A stretch of DNA of 48,809 bases from an uncultured bacterium (GCA_963844965.1 CAWJQC010000001.1:1-48809), one strand, 5' to 3'; positions 18,377-27,783 are shown, counted from the first letter of the stretch. Notes: generated from the sequence alone by a model not told the origin. Made by a program: numbers and translations.

Positions 18377-19480
18377 ATGGACACCGCGAACATCTTCAAA
18401 ACCTTCAAATTTTTCAAACAGAGCGTTTTTCCCTCGTATCTCGGTGTTGATATCGGCACGACCTCCATAAAGGTTGTGGAGGTGAAGCCGGGCAAGCAAC
18501 TGCCGGAAGTTGTGAATTACGGATTTCTTGACTCAGGCGGCCAGCTCTCGCGCGCGAACCAAGCGTTGCAGACGAGCACGCTTAAACTTTTTGAGAAAGA
18601 AGCGGCAGAACTTCTGAAGTTGTTGGTTGGAGAAATGAAGACCAAAAGTACGGATGCCTTCGCGTCGCTGCCGACCTTTTCGGTTTTTATGACCGTTCTC
18701 GATTTCCCGGAAATGAAAGCCGGCGAGATAGAAAGGTCCATGGTGTTTCAGGCGAAACAATATATCCCCTCGCCGATCTCGGAAGTTGCGCTTGATTGGA
18801 TGAAGGTCGGTGAATATAAGGACGACAAGGGATTCACGCACCAGCAAATACTTTTGATATCCGTGCCGCAGGAAAGTATCAAGAAGTATCAGACGATCTT
18901 CAGGCTTGCCGGATTGAACTTGAAGGCGCTTGAGATTGAAAGTTTGAGCCTTACGAGAATTTTTGGAGGGACCGATCTCTCGCCGGCCATTGTGGCGGAT
19001 ATCGGCAGCCGCTCCACGAACATTATTTTTCTTGACAAAGGGCAGTTGAAATTCAACAAGCAGAGCGATTTTGCCGGAGCGTCGCTCACTCAGGCCCTCT
19101 CGGAGAGTTTGGGTATAAATTCGCTTCGCGCGGAAGAGCTGAAGAAGGAACGGGGGGTCGCGGGGACCGGTCCAAACTACGAGTTATCCACAATAATGAT
19201 GCCCCTTTTGGATGCTATAATTAACGAGATAAAGAAGGCGCGCTACAGTTACGGGGAACAGTTTCCTGGAGCGGCGAAGGCCGAAAGGTTGATCATTTCC
19301 GGCGGCAGCGCCAACCTCATTGGTGTTGAGAAATATTTTGAAAGAGAGTTTGGCCTGCCGGTTATAAAGGCAAATCCGTTCGCGAAGTTTGAGTATCCGC
19401 CGGCAATTGATTCAATGGTACCGGAACTCAATCCGATAATGAGCGTAGCGCTGGGACTGACGCTAAGAGAATTCATTTGA
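18377..19480 (+). CDS. pilM: type IV pilus assembly protein PilM (actin-like ATPase fold)
   Basis: 367 aa, YLGVDIGTTSIKVVEV and DIGSRSTNIIFLDKG motifs. Confidence 0.85.
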   Translation: MDTANIFKTFKFFKQSVFPSYLGVDIGTTSIKVVEVKPGKQLPEVVNYGFLDSGGQLSRANQALQTSTLKLFEKEAAELLKLLVGEMKTKSTDAFASLPTFSVFMTVLDFPEMKAGEIERSMVFQAKQYIPSPISEVALDWMKVGEYKDDKGFTHQQILLISVPQESIKKYQTIFRLAGLNLKALEIESLSLTRIFGGTDLSPAIVADIGSRSTNIIFLDKGQLKFNKQSDFAGASLTQALSESLGINSLRAEELKKERGVAGTGPNYELSTIMMPLLDAIINEIKKARYSYGEQFPGAAKAERLIISGGSANLIGVEKYFEREFGLPVIKANPFAKFEYPPAIDSMVPELNPIMSVALGLTLREFI

Positions 19481-19578
19481 AATTTCTAATTACCAATTTC
19501 TAATTTCTAAATAAATCCCAAATTACAATTTCCAAATTGTTTAGAAATTAGGTATTAGAAATTGGAAATTTAAAGTAC
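19481..19578. repeat. AT-rich intergenic palindromic element (AATTTCTAATT...CCAATTTCTAAATAAAT...TTGTTTAGAAATTAGGTATTAGAAATTGGAAATTT)
   Basis: Homologous to the element at 20841-20968. Confidence 0.5.
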
Positions 19579-20139
19579 ATGGCTCTTCCACAAAAAGTTA
19601 TTGAGCAACTTGGGCGCGAGCCGCCGAGAACGCCTGGCTGGTCAGGACAGCTTCTTATATTTTCAAGCACCGTTTTCGTGGTTTGCCTTTTCATATATCT
19701 CGGGCTTGTTTTCGGTTACCAGTCATATCTGCAGGATGGAGTTCAGAAACTTCAGGACCAAATCCAGCTTTTCAGTCAAAAAATTCCTACGGACGAGCAG
19801 GCGAAACTGGTCAGTTTTTATTCGCAAATCGCGAATTTGCGGTCATTGATCTCCAATCGTGTCATATCTTCGCGCGCCCTTGCCTGGCTTGAGAAGAACA
19901 CGCAAGCGAATTCTTACTTGGACAAATTCGGCCTGGACACCGCCGGTGCCAAGATGACCGTTGGCGTCAAATCCAAAACGATGGCGGATGCGTTGCAACA
20001 AATCGCCATATTTGAGAACCTGCCGGAGATTAAAAGCGTTGACATAGGCGGCATAAGCTTCAGCGAAAATTTGTGGCAGTTTGACGCGACCATTGTGCTC
20101 ACGCCCGGGTATTTCAATTATGGCAGCGGCAACCAGTAG
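19579..20139 (+). CDS. pilN: PilN-like pilus assembly protein (short cytoplasmic N-terminus, single TM, periplasmic domain)
   Basis: 186 aa, TM LLIFSSTVFVVCLFIYLGLVFGY; position directly after pilM. Confidence 0.5.
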   Translation: MALPQKVIEQLGREPPRTPGWSGQLLIFSSTVFVVCLFIYLGLVFGYQSYLQDGVQKLQDQIQLFSQKIPTDEQAKLVSFYSQIANLRSLISNRVISSRALAWLEKNTQANSYLDKFGLDTAGAKMTVGVKSKTMADALQQIAIFENLPEIKSVDIGGISFSENLWQFDATIVLTPGYFNYGSGNQ

Positions 20140-20198
20140 AAAAATTAAAAATTTCCCACAGCCTTTAATTTTTTGATGTTTAATCTTCAATTTGTTTC

Positions 20199-20840
20199 AT
20201 GAAGCAGACTACAAAAAGATTCTTAAGTATGATTTTGGGTCTGGTATTTCTCCTGTCCTCTTTACTTATGTATCTTGAGCTGATTCAGCCTGCCTACAGC
20301 AACGCTCAACAAACGAAAGCGCAGAAAAACAGCCTGCAGGTTTTTTTCGACAGCGAGGAAAAAGTCGTTGAACAGGTTGAGAAGCTGGCAAGTTCTTACG
20401 AAGGGGAAGGTGAGGTGCAGCAGGCGGTTTCCGAAGTTCTTCCGACGAGGATGGACATCGCCGGGGCGATAGCCCAACTCTACGGTCTTGCGCAAAACAA
20501 CAACTTGGCGGTGAAGTCTCTCGACCTGTCCACGGCGCCAGCCCCGCTTAAGAAAAATACGAACGCTAACCCGGGAACCACCCAGCTTTCGGGCTTTGAA
20601 ACTTCTTTGCAGAAAGGTGTCGGCACCGTATCTTTTGAATTACAATTGAGTGGGAGCTACGAAGACCTGAAAAATTTCCTGTCCGCCATTGAGACCAATG
20701 TCAGGATTTTTGACGTTGGACAGATCGAGGTCCAGCCCGTACCGGTCACCGTAGGTGTGGGCAAGGCCGGCAGCGCGAACGTGCCGCAAGACCTGTTTGA
20801 CTATAATTTTTCCCTGAAGACCTATTACCAAAGCCAATAA
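20199..20840 (+). CDS. pilO: PilO-like pilus assembly protein
   Basis: 213 aa, N-terminal TM and coiled-coil region; position in pilMNO order. Confidence 0.5.
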   Translation: MKQTTKRFLSMILGLVFLLSSLLMYLELIQPAYSNAQQTKAQKNSLQVFFDSEEKVVEQVEKLASSYEGEGEVQQAVSEVLPTRMDIAGAIAQLYGLAQNNNLAVKSLDLSTAPAPLKKNTNANPGTTQLSGFETSLQKGVGTVSFELQLSGSYEDLKNFLSAIETNVRIFDVGQIEVQPVPVTVGVGKAGSANVPQDLFDYNFSLKTYYQSQ

Positions 20841-20968
20841 TAATGAAAATTTCTAATTTCTAATATCCAATTTCTAAATAAATTTTAATATCCCAAATCA
20901 CAAAATTTATAATTTTAGCCATTAAGATTTTGATATTGTTTAGAAATTAGGATTTAGAAATTGGAAAT
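20841..20968. repeat. second copy of the AT-rich intergenic palindromic element
   Basis: aatttctaatttctaatatccaatttctaaataaat...ttgtttagaaattaggatttagaaattggaaattt. Confidence 0.5.
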
Positions 20969-21268
20969 TTGATAACCATGGCCATAGTCATTGAGGAGGA
21001 AAAAAACAGAATCAGTCCAATCAGCATCGCCACTTGGCTTGTGGTGCTTATCATTATCGGCCTCGCCGCTTACTATATCTTTTTCACACAGCCGGAGCTT
21101 ATTGAAGTTGCGGCCCCGTCCAATTTCCAGAACATTGACCCATTGTCAAAAATTAATCTTAATCCCGAAGATGTGGTAAACGGTTCGGGTTTCCAGTCCC
21201 TGAAGCCCACAATAACGTTGCCGGTGCCCGGCAACGCCGGAAGGGACAACCCGTTTCTGGCGCGATAA
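20969..21268 (+). CDS. small single-TM protein inside the pil operon (possible PilP-like)
   Basis: 99 aa, TM WLVVLIIIGLAAYYIFF; no recognisable family. Confidence 0.4.
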   Translation: MITMAIVIEEEKNRISPISIATWLVVLIIIGLAAYYIFFTQPELIEVAAPSNFQNIDPLSKINLNPEDVVNGSGFQSLKPTITLPVPGNAGRDNPFLAR

Positions 21269-21337
21269 GTATTGCGAAGTGCAAGGCGCGAATCGCGAAT
21301 CGGCTTGCGCCCAGCAGTCAATAATTTACACACTCAA

Positions 21338-23029
21338 ATGTCCAACGACGAACTGTTAAAACAAATACGAAAAGCGAAACTTTTGGACGAGGATGCGGTG
21401 GCCAAGCTCAGACGCGATTCGCTCCTGTCCGGCCAATCAGTTGAAAGTTTGATTTCCAATCGCCGGCTCATTGACGACGTGAAGCTCGCCACACTCAAGA
21501 GTTCGCTCCTCAACGTTCCTTATAAGAAAGTAAACGCTGGAGCTGTTGACAGCGGTCTTTTTGGGGTAATTTCCGAAGAGACGGCCAGAACTTACGGAGT
21601 CGCGCCGATTGAAGAGAGGGGAGACATGCTTGTCGTCGGGATGCTGCAGCCGGATGACGCCAAGGCGCAGGAAGCGCTCAAGTTCATTGGAGGGCAACAC
21701 CACCTGAACCTTGGGGTTTACTTGGTCTCTTACGGCGATTGGCAGGACGTTTTGAGGAGATACTCGCCCTATCGTTCGGAGGTTGAAAGAGCCGTAAGCT
21801 CTTTGAATTTGAAACCCGGAGGGAGCGGGCAGAAAATTGTCAGTCTTGACGAGGTCGGTGTCAGTGAAGACGCGCCGATTATAAAAATCGTAGCCGATAC
21901 TCTTAAGGAGGCCGTATCGGTGAGAGCTTCTGATATCCACGTTGAGCCCCAGGAAAATTATTTGCGTATCAGGTTCAGGGTTGACGGCAACCTGCGCGAG
22001 GAAGCGGCTCTTCCCGTTGAACTTTCCCAGCCAGTGGTCTCACGGATCAAGGTTATTTCCAGTTTGAAGATCGACGAGTCGCGAATTCCGCAGGACGGTC
22101 GTTTCCGGACGAAGGTTTTTGATAAATATATTGATTTCCGCGTTTCAACTTTTCCAACGCCGCTCGGTGAAAAAGTCGCAGTGCGCGTTTTGGATCCCGC
22201 GAGCGGCCTAAAGAGTTTTGAAGAGCTCGATCTTTTGTATGGCAATTTGGACAAGGTCAAAAAAGGTTTGGACAAGCCGTATGGCATGATCTTGGTCACC
22301 GGCCCAACTGGTTCCGGCAAAACAACGACGCTTTACGCTATGCTGCAGCTCTTGAACAAGGAAAATGTGAATATCGTGAGCTTGGAGGACCCGGTGGAAT
22401 ATTTTGTTTCCGGCGTCAACCAGTCTCAGGTACGTCCGGAGATAGGTTACGATTTCGCCTCGGGATTGCGGCAAATTTTGCGCCAGGATCCCGATACCAT
22501 CATGGTCGGCGAGATCAGAGACAACGAAACCGCGGGACTCGCGATACAATCAGCATTGACCGGCCACCTCGTCCTTTCCACCCTGCACACGAACAATTCG
22601 GCGGGCGTCATACCACGGCTCATAGATATGAAAGTTGAACCGTTCCTTTTGCCGGTTTCACTGAACCTTATGTTGTCGCAAAGGTTGGTGGGTTCGCTTT
22701 GCGAGAGTTGTAAAGCGGCGGAGACCGCGTCTCCGGATGTGGAAAAATTGATTAAGAGAGCTCTGGACGAACTGCCTCCGAACATCAGTTCAAAATACGG
22801 CTCGCCGTACAAAATTTTCCACAGCAAGGGCTGCCCAAAATGCAGGGGGCGGGGCGTTGTCGGCCGCACCGCGCTTTACGAAGTGTTGGAAATGACGCCC
22901 GGGCTTGAAGAGGTCATAATGAATGGGCCGACGGCACAAAAGGTTTTGAAGGAAGCGAAAAGCCAGGGGATGGTGAGCTCTGCGGCAGGACGGCGTTCTC
23001 AAAGCCCTGGACGGCAGAGTTTCAATTGA
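21338..23029 (+). CDS. pilB: type IV pilus assembly ATPase PilB (GspE family); true C-terminus DGVLKALDGRVSIEEVIRETEEI lies in the +1 frame ending at 23060, so there is an apparent 1-nt indel near 22976-22983
   Basis: N-terminal T2SE_Nter region, Walker A LVTGPTGSGKTTT, Walker B and Asp box (DPDTIMVGEIRD), His box (GHLVLSTLHTN), CxxC...CPKCRG zinc motif; start chosen at ATG 21338 (MSNDELLKQIRKAK). Confidence 0.85.
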   Translation: MSNDELLKQIRKAKLLDEDAVAKLRRDSLLSGQSVESLISNRRLIDDVKLATLKSSLLNVPYKKVNAGAVDSGLFGVISEETARTYGVAPIEERGDMLVVGMLQPDDAKAQEALKFIGGQHHLNLGVYLVSYGDWQDVLRRYSPYRSEVERAVSSLNLKPGGSGQKIVSLDEVGVSEDAPIIKIVADTLKEAVSVRASDIHVEPQENYLRIRFRVDGNLREEAALPVELSQPVVSRIKVISSLKIDESRIPQDGRFRTKVFDKYIDFRVSTFPTPLGEKVAVRVLDPASGLKSFEELDLLYGNLDKVKKGLDKPYGMILVTGPTGSGKTTTLYAMLQLLNKENVNIVSLEDPVEYFVSGVNQSQVRPEIGYDFASGLRQILRQDPDTIMVGEIRDNETAGLAIQSALTGHLVLSTLHTNNSAGVIPRLIDMKVEPFLLPVSLNLMLSQRLVGSLCESCKAAETASPDVEKLIKRALDELPPNISSKYGSPYKIFHSKGCPKCRGRGVVGRTALYEVLEMTPGLEEVIMNGPTAQKVLKEAKSQGMVSSAAGRRSQSPGRQSFN

Positions 23030-23107
23030 AGAAGTTATCAGGGAAACGGAAGAGATATAATATGGTAAAATTAAAAATGAAAGATTAAAAATAAAATTTT
23101 TTAATCT

Positions 23108-24208
23108 TTGGTATTTGATATTTTATTTTTTATCGTGGATAACTACAAAGAAAAACTCAGGGACCTTTTGGTGACGACGGCCAGGCAAAACGCCTCAGAT
23201 TTGCATTTGGCGGTTGGGCGTCGGCCAACGTTGCGTTTGGACGGAGTTCTCGTGCCGTTGCAGAAAGAGCCGATAACGACGCCGGAGGTGGCGGAGGGGC
23301 TGATCGGCGGACTGCTTACGCCGGAGCTTAAGGAAAAATTTCTCCGGGACAAGCAAGTTGACTTCGCTTACGGCCTTGAGGACAAGGCCCGATTTCGTGT
23401 GAATGTCTTTATGCAGAGAGGGTATCTTGCTGCCGCTTTGCGTCTGATTCCCGCAAGGATAAGGACAATTGAAGAACTTGGCTTGCCGCCGATTCTGCAT
23501 GATTTCACGAGATTGTCGCAAGGATTCATTCTGGCCGTGGGTCCCGCTGGACATGGCAAATCGTCAACCCTGGCTGCGATTCTGGATGAAATTAATCACA
23601 CAAGGTCCGACCACATTATCACCATTGAAGACCCGATTGAATATTTATTCACTCAGGACAGGTGCATTGTCTCACAAAGGGAAGTGGGAAACGACACGCC
23701 CACGTTCCACTCCGCCCTGCGCACGGTTTTGCGCCAGGACCCCGACGTAATCATGGTGGGCGAGATGCGCGATGCCGTTTCAATTTCCACGGCGATGACG
23801 GCCGCGGAAACCGGCCACCTCGTCTTTTCAACGCTCCACACCAATTCCGCCGCCCAGACGGTAGATCGCATCATTGATTCTTTCCCTTCCGGCCAGCAGG
23901 GCCAGGTCATATCGCAGCTTGCGGCCACTTTGGTTGCCATTGTTTCCGAGCGGCTTCTGCCGCGTGTTTCCGGCGGACGCGTTCCCGCGATGGAAATCAT
24001 GCTCGTGAACCCGGCGATCAGAAATCTCATACGTGAGAGGAAAATTTACCAGATAGATCTTGTGATTGAAACAAGTATGCAGGAAGGAATGGTGACCCTG
24101 AACCGTTCGCTCGTTAATCTTATAAAGAACAAGGAAGTTTCGCTTGAGAACGCAGAGCTTTACTCGCTGAATCCCGCCGAACTCCGGGTGCTTTTGGAAC
24201 GAATCTAA
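23108..24208 (+). CDS. pilT: twitching-motility ATPase PilT
   Basis: Walker A AVGPAGHGKSSTLAA, DPDVIMVGEMRD, GHLVFSTLHTN; 366 aa. Confidence 0.85.
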   Translation: MVFDILFFIVDNYKEKLRDLLVTTARQNASDLHLAVGRRPTLRLDGVLVPLQKEPITTPEVAEGLIGGLLTPELKEKFLRDKQVDFAYGLEDKARFRVNVFMQRGYLAAALRLIPARIRTIEELGLPPILHDFTRLSQGFILAVGPAGHGKSSTLAAILDEINHTRSDHIITIEDPIEYLFTQDRCIVSQREVGNDTPTFHSALRTVLRQDPDVIMVGEMRDAVSISTAMTAAETGHLVFSTLHTNSAAQTVDRIIDSFPSGQQGQVISQLAATLVAIVSERLLPRVSGGRVPAMEIMLVNPAIRNLIRERKIYQIDLVIETSMQEGMVTLNRSLVNLIKNKEVSLENAELYSLNPAELRVLLERI

Positions 24209-24303
24209 TTACTCAATTATGCGATTAACGAACTGCGGATTGACGGATCGGATTCATTCGTTAATTCGTTGATGCGTTAATCCTTTAATTTCGGATTTAA
24301 ATA

Positions 24304-25524
24304 ATGAAGTTTAAATACCAAGCGAAAACAAAAAGCGGGGAGATGCAGGTTGGCTACGTGGAGGCGGGAAATCGCGACGCCGCAGCGAACATCCTCGCCG
24401 GACACGAGCTTTTCATTCTGAGCTTGGAATCGGCAGAGAAGGGGGGTTTTCTGGAGAACATCACAAGTTATTTTGGCCGCGTGAAGCGGAAGGATATGAT
24501 TATCTTCACGCGGCAGCTTGCAACGCTTCTTGAGGCGCGCCTGCCGCTGAGCACCGCCCTTAAGACCCTTGAGGGCCAGATGAAGCAGTCGGTTTTGAAA
24601 GAAGCGGTAAGACAAATTGGCGAAGACATAGACGCCGGCTTGTCTTTTTCCCAGGCGATGGAGCGCCAAGGCAAGGTTTTCCCGGCGTTTTACATTGAAA
24701 TGGTTAAGGCGGCGGAGGTTACGGGCAACATGAACGAAATTGCCGGCTTTTTGGCGGATTATGCGGAAAGGGAGGGTGAATTACTGAGCAAGGCGGCGTC
24801 GGCGATGATCTACCCGGGGATAGTGGTCGGACTTTTCCTTGTGGTTCTTTTGATCATGGTGGTTTATGTCTTCCCGCAACTTTTGCCGATCTTTCAACAA
24901 TCCAACGTGCAGCTTCCCATATACACGCAAATTCTCCTGGGTTTCGGGACCTTCCTTGCCAAGTGGTGGTTCGCTGTTCTTATAGTTCTGGCTTTTCTCG
25001 CCGCCCTGGTTTTCGATTACGCGCGTACGCCGGAAGGAGAGGCGTTGATCGACGATTTCAAAATAAAACTGCCTCTTTTAAAAAGAGTATTTATGCCGAT
25101 TACTCTGGCGAGGTTTTCCAACGCTGCCGCGCTTTTGATACACGGCGGGATTCCCATCGCCCAGACATTGGAAATTATCGGCCACATGGTGGGAAATGTT
25201 CTCTATAAGGACGTCATGCACGATGTCGCCGCGGATGTCCGCCAGGGCGAGCTTCTCTCGCAAAGCATAGGAAAATACCCGGAATACTTTCCGCCTCTCG
25301 TCACGCAAATGATCTCGGTCGGAGAAACGACCGGAAAGATAGAACAGATTTTCAGCCGCCTGTCGTTGTTCTACAGCCGCGAAGCCGATTCCGTTATGAA
25401 CAATTTGGTTGATTTGATCCAGCCGCTTATGATGGTCGTTATAGGCGTGATGGTGGGCTTTCTCTTTGCCTCAATTTTGATACCGCTTTACAGCCTGACG
25501 GCGAACATGGGAAGCGGCGGGTAA
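24304..25524 (+). CDS. pilC: type IV pilus platform protein PilC (GspF family)
   Basis: 406 aa, two T2SSF repeats, three TM segments. Confidence 0.85.
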   Translation: MKFKYQAKTKSGEMQVGYVEAGNRDAAANILAGHELFILSLESAEKGGFLENITSYFGRVKRKDMIIFTRQLATLLEARLPLSTALKTLEGQMKQSVLKEAVRQIGEDIDAGLSFSQAMERQGKVFPAFYIEMVKAAEVTGNMNEIAGFLADYAEREGELLSKAASAMIYPGIVVGLFLVVLLIMVVYVFPQLLPIFQQSNVQLPIYTQILLGFGTFLAKWWFAVLIVLAFLAALVFDYARTPEGEALIDDFKIKLPLLKRVFMPITLARFSNAAALLIHGGIPIAQTLEIIGHMVGNVLYKDVMHDVAADVRQGELLSQSIGKYPEYFPPLVTQMISVGETTGKIEQIFSRLSLFYSREADSVMNNLVDLIQPLMMVVIGVMVGFLFASILIPLYSLTANMGSGG

Positions 25525-25563
25525 GGCGGGACTCGCGCCGTTTGCGCTCTCAGCGCGTCGATA

Positions 25564-25572
25564 TGGTATAAT
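25564..25572 (+). promoter_or_regulatory. extended -10 promoter TGGTATAAT upstream of the first pilin gene
   Basis: TGnTATAAT read directly. Confidence 0.45.
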
Positions 25573-25650
25573 TTAAGGGTATGATTCAAGTGAAACCGGC
25601 TCACTCTACTCATGGCCGGAGAAAGGTCGGGAATTAAACCGAAAAAACTT

Positions 25651-26154
25651 ATGGCAATGTTAAGAACTAGGAAAGGATTCACTTTGATAGAAATATTGAC
25701 CGTGGTGGCAATTATCGCTATTTTGGCGTCCATCATATTGGTCGGTTTGTCTTCTGCCCGGACATCGGCCCGCGACGCGCGGAGAATCGCCGACTTGGAT
25801 CAGATACGGACGGCGATGGAGCTTTACTTCAATAAGGTGGGTCATTATCCGACCGATTGTTCTGCGGTGAATGCAAATAGCGTCACTTGGTCAACGATCC
25901 AGGGCGACTTGACTGGCGCTGGTATTGGCGTGACCACGGTTGCCGATGATCCGCTGGCTAATCCAGCTAGTCCGCAAACTAGCGTGCATTATGGGTATTC
26001 TCCTACGACAACCGGTGGGTATGATCTTAGTGCGGTACTGGAAGTTTCCGGCAACTCTGCTCTGAACACTTCTATAAAGGGGAATCCCCCCCCGAATGCG
26101 CCGGCTAACTGTAGTCTGAGTTGCAACGGCCAGAATTACTGCATAGGCATGTAG
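25651..26154 (+). CDS. pilA: type IV pilin (probable major pilin), prepilin leader MAMLRTRKG|FTLIE
   Basis: Class III signal peptide, G-1, F+1, E+5, hydrophobic alpha-1 helix TVVAIIAILASIILVGL; own promoter and downstream hairpin. The upstream ATG at 25612 is rejected because an in-frame stop intervenes. Confidence 0.8.
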   Translation: MAMLRTRKGFTLIEILTVVAIIAILASIILVGLSSARTSARDARRIADLDQIRTAMELYFNKVGHYPTDCSAVNANSVTWSTIQGDLTGAGIGVTTVADDPLANPASPQTSVHYGYSPTTTGGYDLSAVLEVSGNSALNTSIKGNPPPNAPANCSLSCNGQNYCIGM

Positions 26155-26207
26155 GAAAAATACGCATCAAGTCCGGTGCGTTTATCCCTGGTTTTTTTGT
26201 GTGTGTT

Positions 26208-26240
26208 CGCCGAACCTCCGATTTTAGCCGGAGGTTCGAT
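26208..26240 (+). terminator. hairpin (CGAACCTCCG-ATTTTAG-CCGGAGGTTCG) after pilin 1, possible terminator or attenuator
   Basis: 10-bp perfect stem read directly; the downstream T-tract is weak. Confidence 0.35.
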
Positions 26241-26293
26241 GTTTTCGGCGGATCATGTTTGACGCGCGCTTGCGGGCAGGTTGAACGGCGGTT

Positions 26294-26302
26294 TGCTATA
26301 AT
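26294..26302 (+). promoter_or_regulatory. extended -10 promoter TGCTATAAT upstream of the second pilin gene
   Basis: TGnTATAAT read directly. Confidence 0.45.
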
Positions 26303-26358
26303 AAAGCATATATCAAGAAAGGTCGAGCTTGGAGTTAGACACACAATCTGCGACACAA

Positions 26359-26838
26359 ATGAAGAAGAACGGTTTCACTCTGATTGAGATGCTTATCGTC
26401 GTTACCATCATCGCGCTTCTTTCGTCTGTCATATTGGTCGGTTTGCAGCCGGCGAGAACCGCCGCGCGCGACGCGAGGCGCATCGTTGACCTGAACGAGG
26501 TCAAAAACGGCTTGGAACTTTATTTCAACAAGTGCGGTTATTATCCGGGCCAAATCCAGCCGGCTTTGAACTGTGGTCCGTTCGTGCAAATTTTCACCTG
26601 GCAGGACCTGACTGCCGCGCTTACGGGAAGCAATCTTGACATTGACGCCATACCGGACGACCCGACAACAGGAGCTGATTATTTATACGCTACAGACACG
26701 AACGGGAAGCATTACATCCTCGGCGCCACGCTTGAGGATCCGAACAATCCGGTGCTTCAGACCAGCATCCACGACGATAAAATTACTTTTTCCGTTCCGT
26801 TCAGCTGTAATGCGCCGGTGTATTGCACGCACCTTTGA
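26359..26838 (+). CDS. type IV pilin 2, leader MKKNG|FTLIEMLIVV. ORF track begins at TTG 26329; ATG 26359 preferred
   Basis: Prepilin cleavage motif, hydrophobic helix, similar N-terminal domain to pilin 1 (ARDARRI..L..ELYFNK). Confidence 0.75.
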   Translation: MKKNGFTLIEMLIVVTIIALLSSVILVGLQPARTAARDARRIVDLNEVKNGLELYFNKCGYYPGQIQPALNCGPFVQIFTWQDLTAALTGSNLDIDAIPDDPTTGADYLYATDTNGKHYILGATLEDPNNPVLQTSIHDDKITFSVPFSCNAPVYCTHL

Positions 26839-26904
26839 GGAGAGTTTTCTCGTTGAAGTTTAGAACTCCGACGTTCGGCATTCTGCGTTCAGGATATTCT
26901 AAAG

Positions 26905-27774
26905 ATGTCCATTTTGCTTTTCATTTTAGGCGCGGCTTTCGGAAGTTTTATCGGTGTCGTAGCTGACAGGTATGAGCCGAATGGTTTTTTGTTCTCAGGA
27001 AAGACCCTGGGCGGCAGGTCGCATTGCAACACCTGCGGCGTTACTTTAAAGTGGTTTGAACTTGTTCCCGTTTTGAGTTTCCTCGCTCAGCGCGGCCGTT
27101 GCCGGAGCTGCGGCGCGAGGCTGGGCCTTAAATATCCCGCCGTGGAGATTTTATCCGGCTTGATTTTCGCGTTCGTTCCGATACGCCTCGCCAGCCAATT
27201 CCAAACTCTGCATCCCGCGTTTTACGTCCTCGCTCCTCTTTGGATCCTTGCCCTTCTTGTTTTGCTCATCATAACGCTCATAGACCTGCGCCTCTATATT
27301 ATTCCCGACGAGGCGAATATTTTACTGGGGATCATCGGTGTTTTGGTCGCGCTCGCGTCACTTCCCGATTTCGGGCCGGTAAGCGGTTCGTTTCTCGGAC
27401 CCTTCGCGTTGTTTTTCGGGTGGCGGAACAATATCTGGACGAATCATCTTTTCGCCGCCGCCTTTGGGGGGATTTTTTTCGCTCTCATAATACTAATAAC
27501 GCGCGGACGGGGAATGGGCATGGGAGATTTGAAATTCGCCGTTCCCTTGGGTTTTCTTTTCGGCTGGCCGGACATGCTTCTCGTGATCGGCATCGGTTTC
27601 ATCGTCGGTTCCGTTTGCGGCGTTTGGCTCATGATCAGGAAGAAAAAGGGGCTGAAGAGCCCGCTGCCTTTCGGTCCGTTTCTGTCTCTTTCCGCCGCCC
27701 TTGTGTTTTTCTTCGGATATCAGATTGTAAATTTGTATTTTGCGCTGTTTTATATCTGGCCGTTCAGGATTTAG
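26905..27774 (+). CDS. pilD: prepilin peptidase PilD (A24 family) with N-terminal CxxC..CxxC zinc domain
   Basis: 289 aa, CNTCGV...CRSCGA tetracysteine, 7-8 TM helices, conserved Asp-containing motifs (ITLIDLRLYIIPDE). Confidence 0.85.
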   Translation: MSILLFILGAAFGSFIGVVADRYEPNGFLFSGKTLGGRSHCNTCGVTLKWFELVPVLSFLAQRGRCRSCGARLGLKYPAVEILSGLIFAFVPIRLASQFQTLHPAFYVLAPLWILALLVLLIITLIDLRLYIIPDEANILLGIIGVLVALASLPDFGPVSGSFLGPFALFFGWRNNIWTNHLFAAAFGGIFFALIILITRGRGMGMGDLKFAVPLGFLFGWPDMLLVIGIGFIVGSVCGVWLMIRKKKGLKSPLPFGPFLSLSAALVFFFGYQIVNLYFALFYIWPFRI

Positions 27775-27783
27775 AATATATAT

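Noticed and set aside
25612-25650. Upstream ATG 25612 as start of pilin 1
   Set aside because: An in-frame stop separates it from the motif, so it cannot extend the ORF; ATG 25651 gives a canonical short prepilin leader
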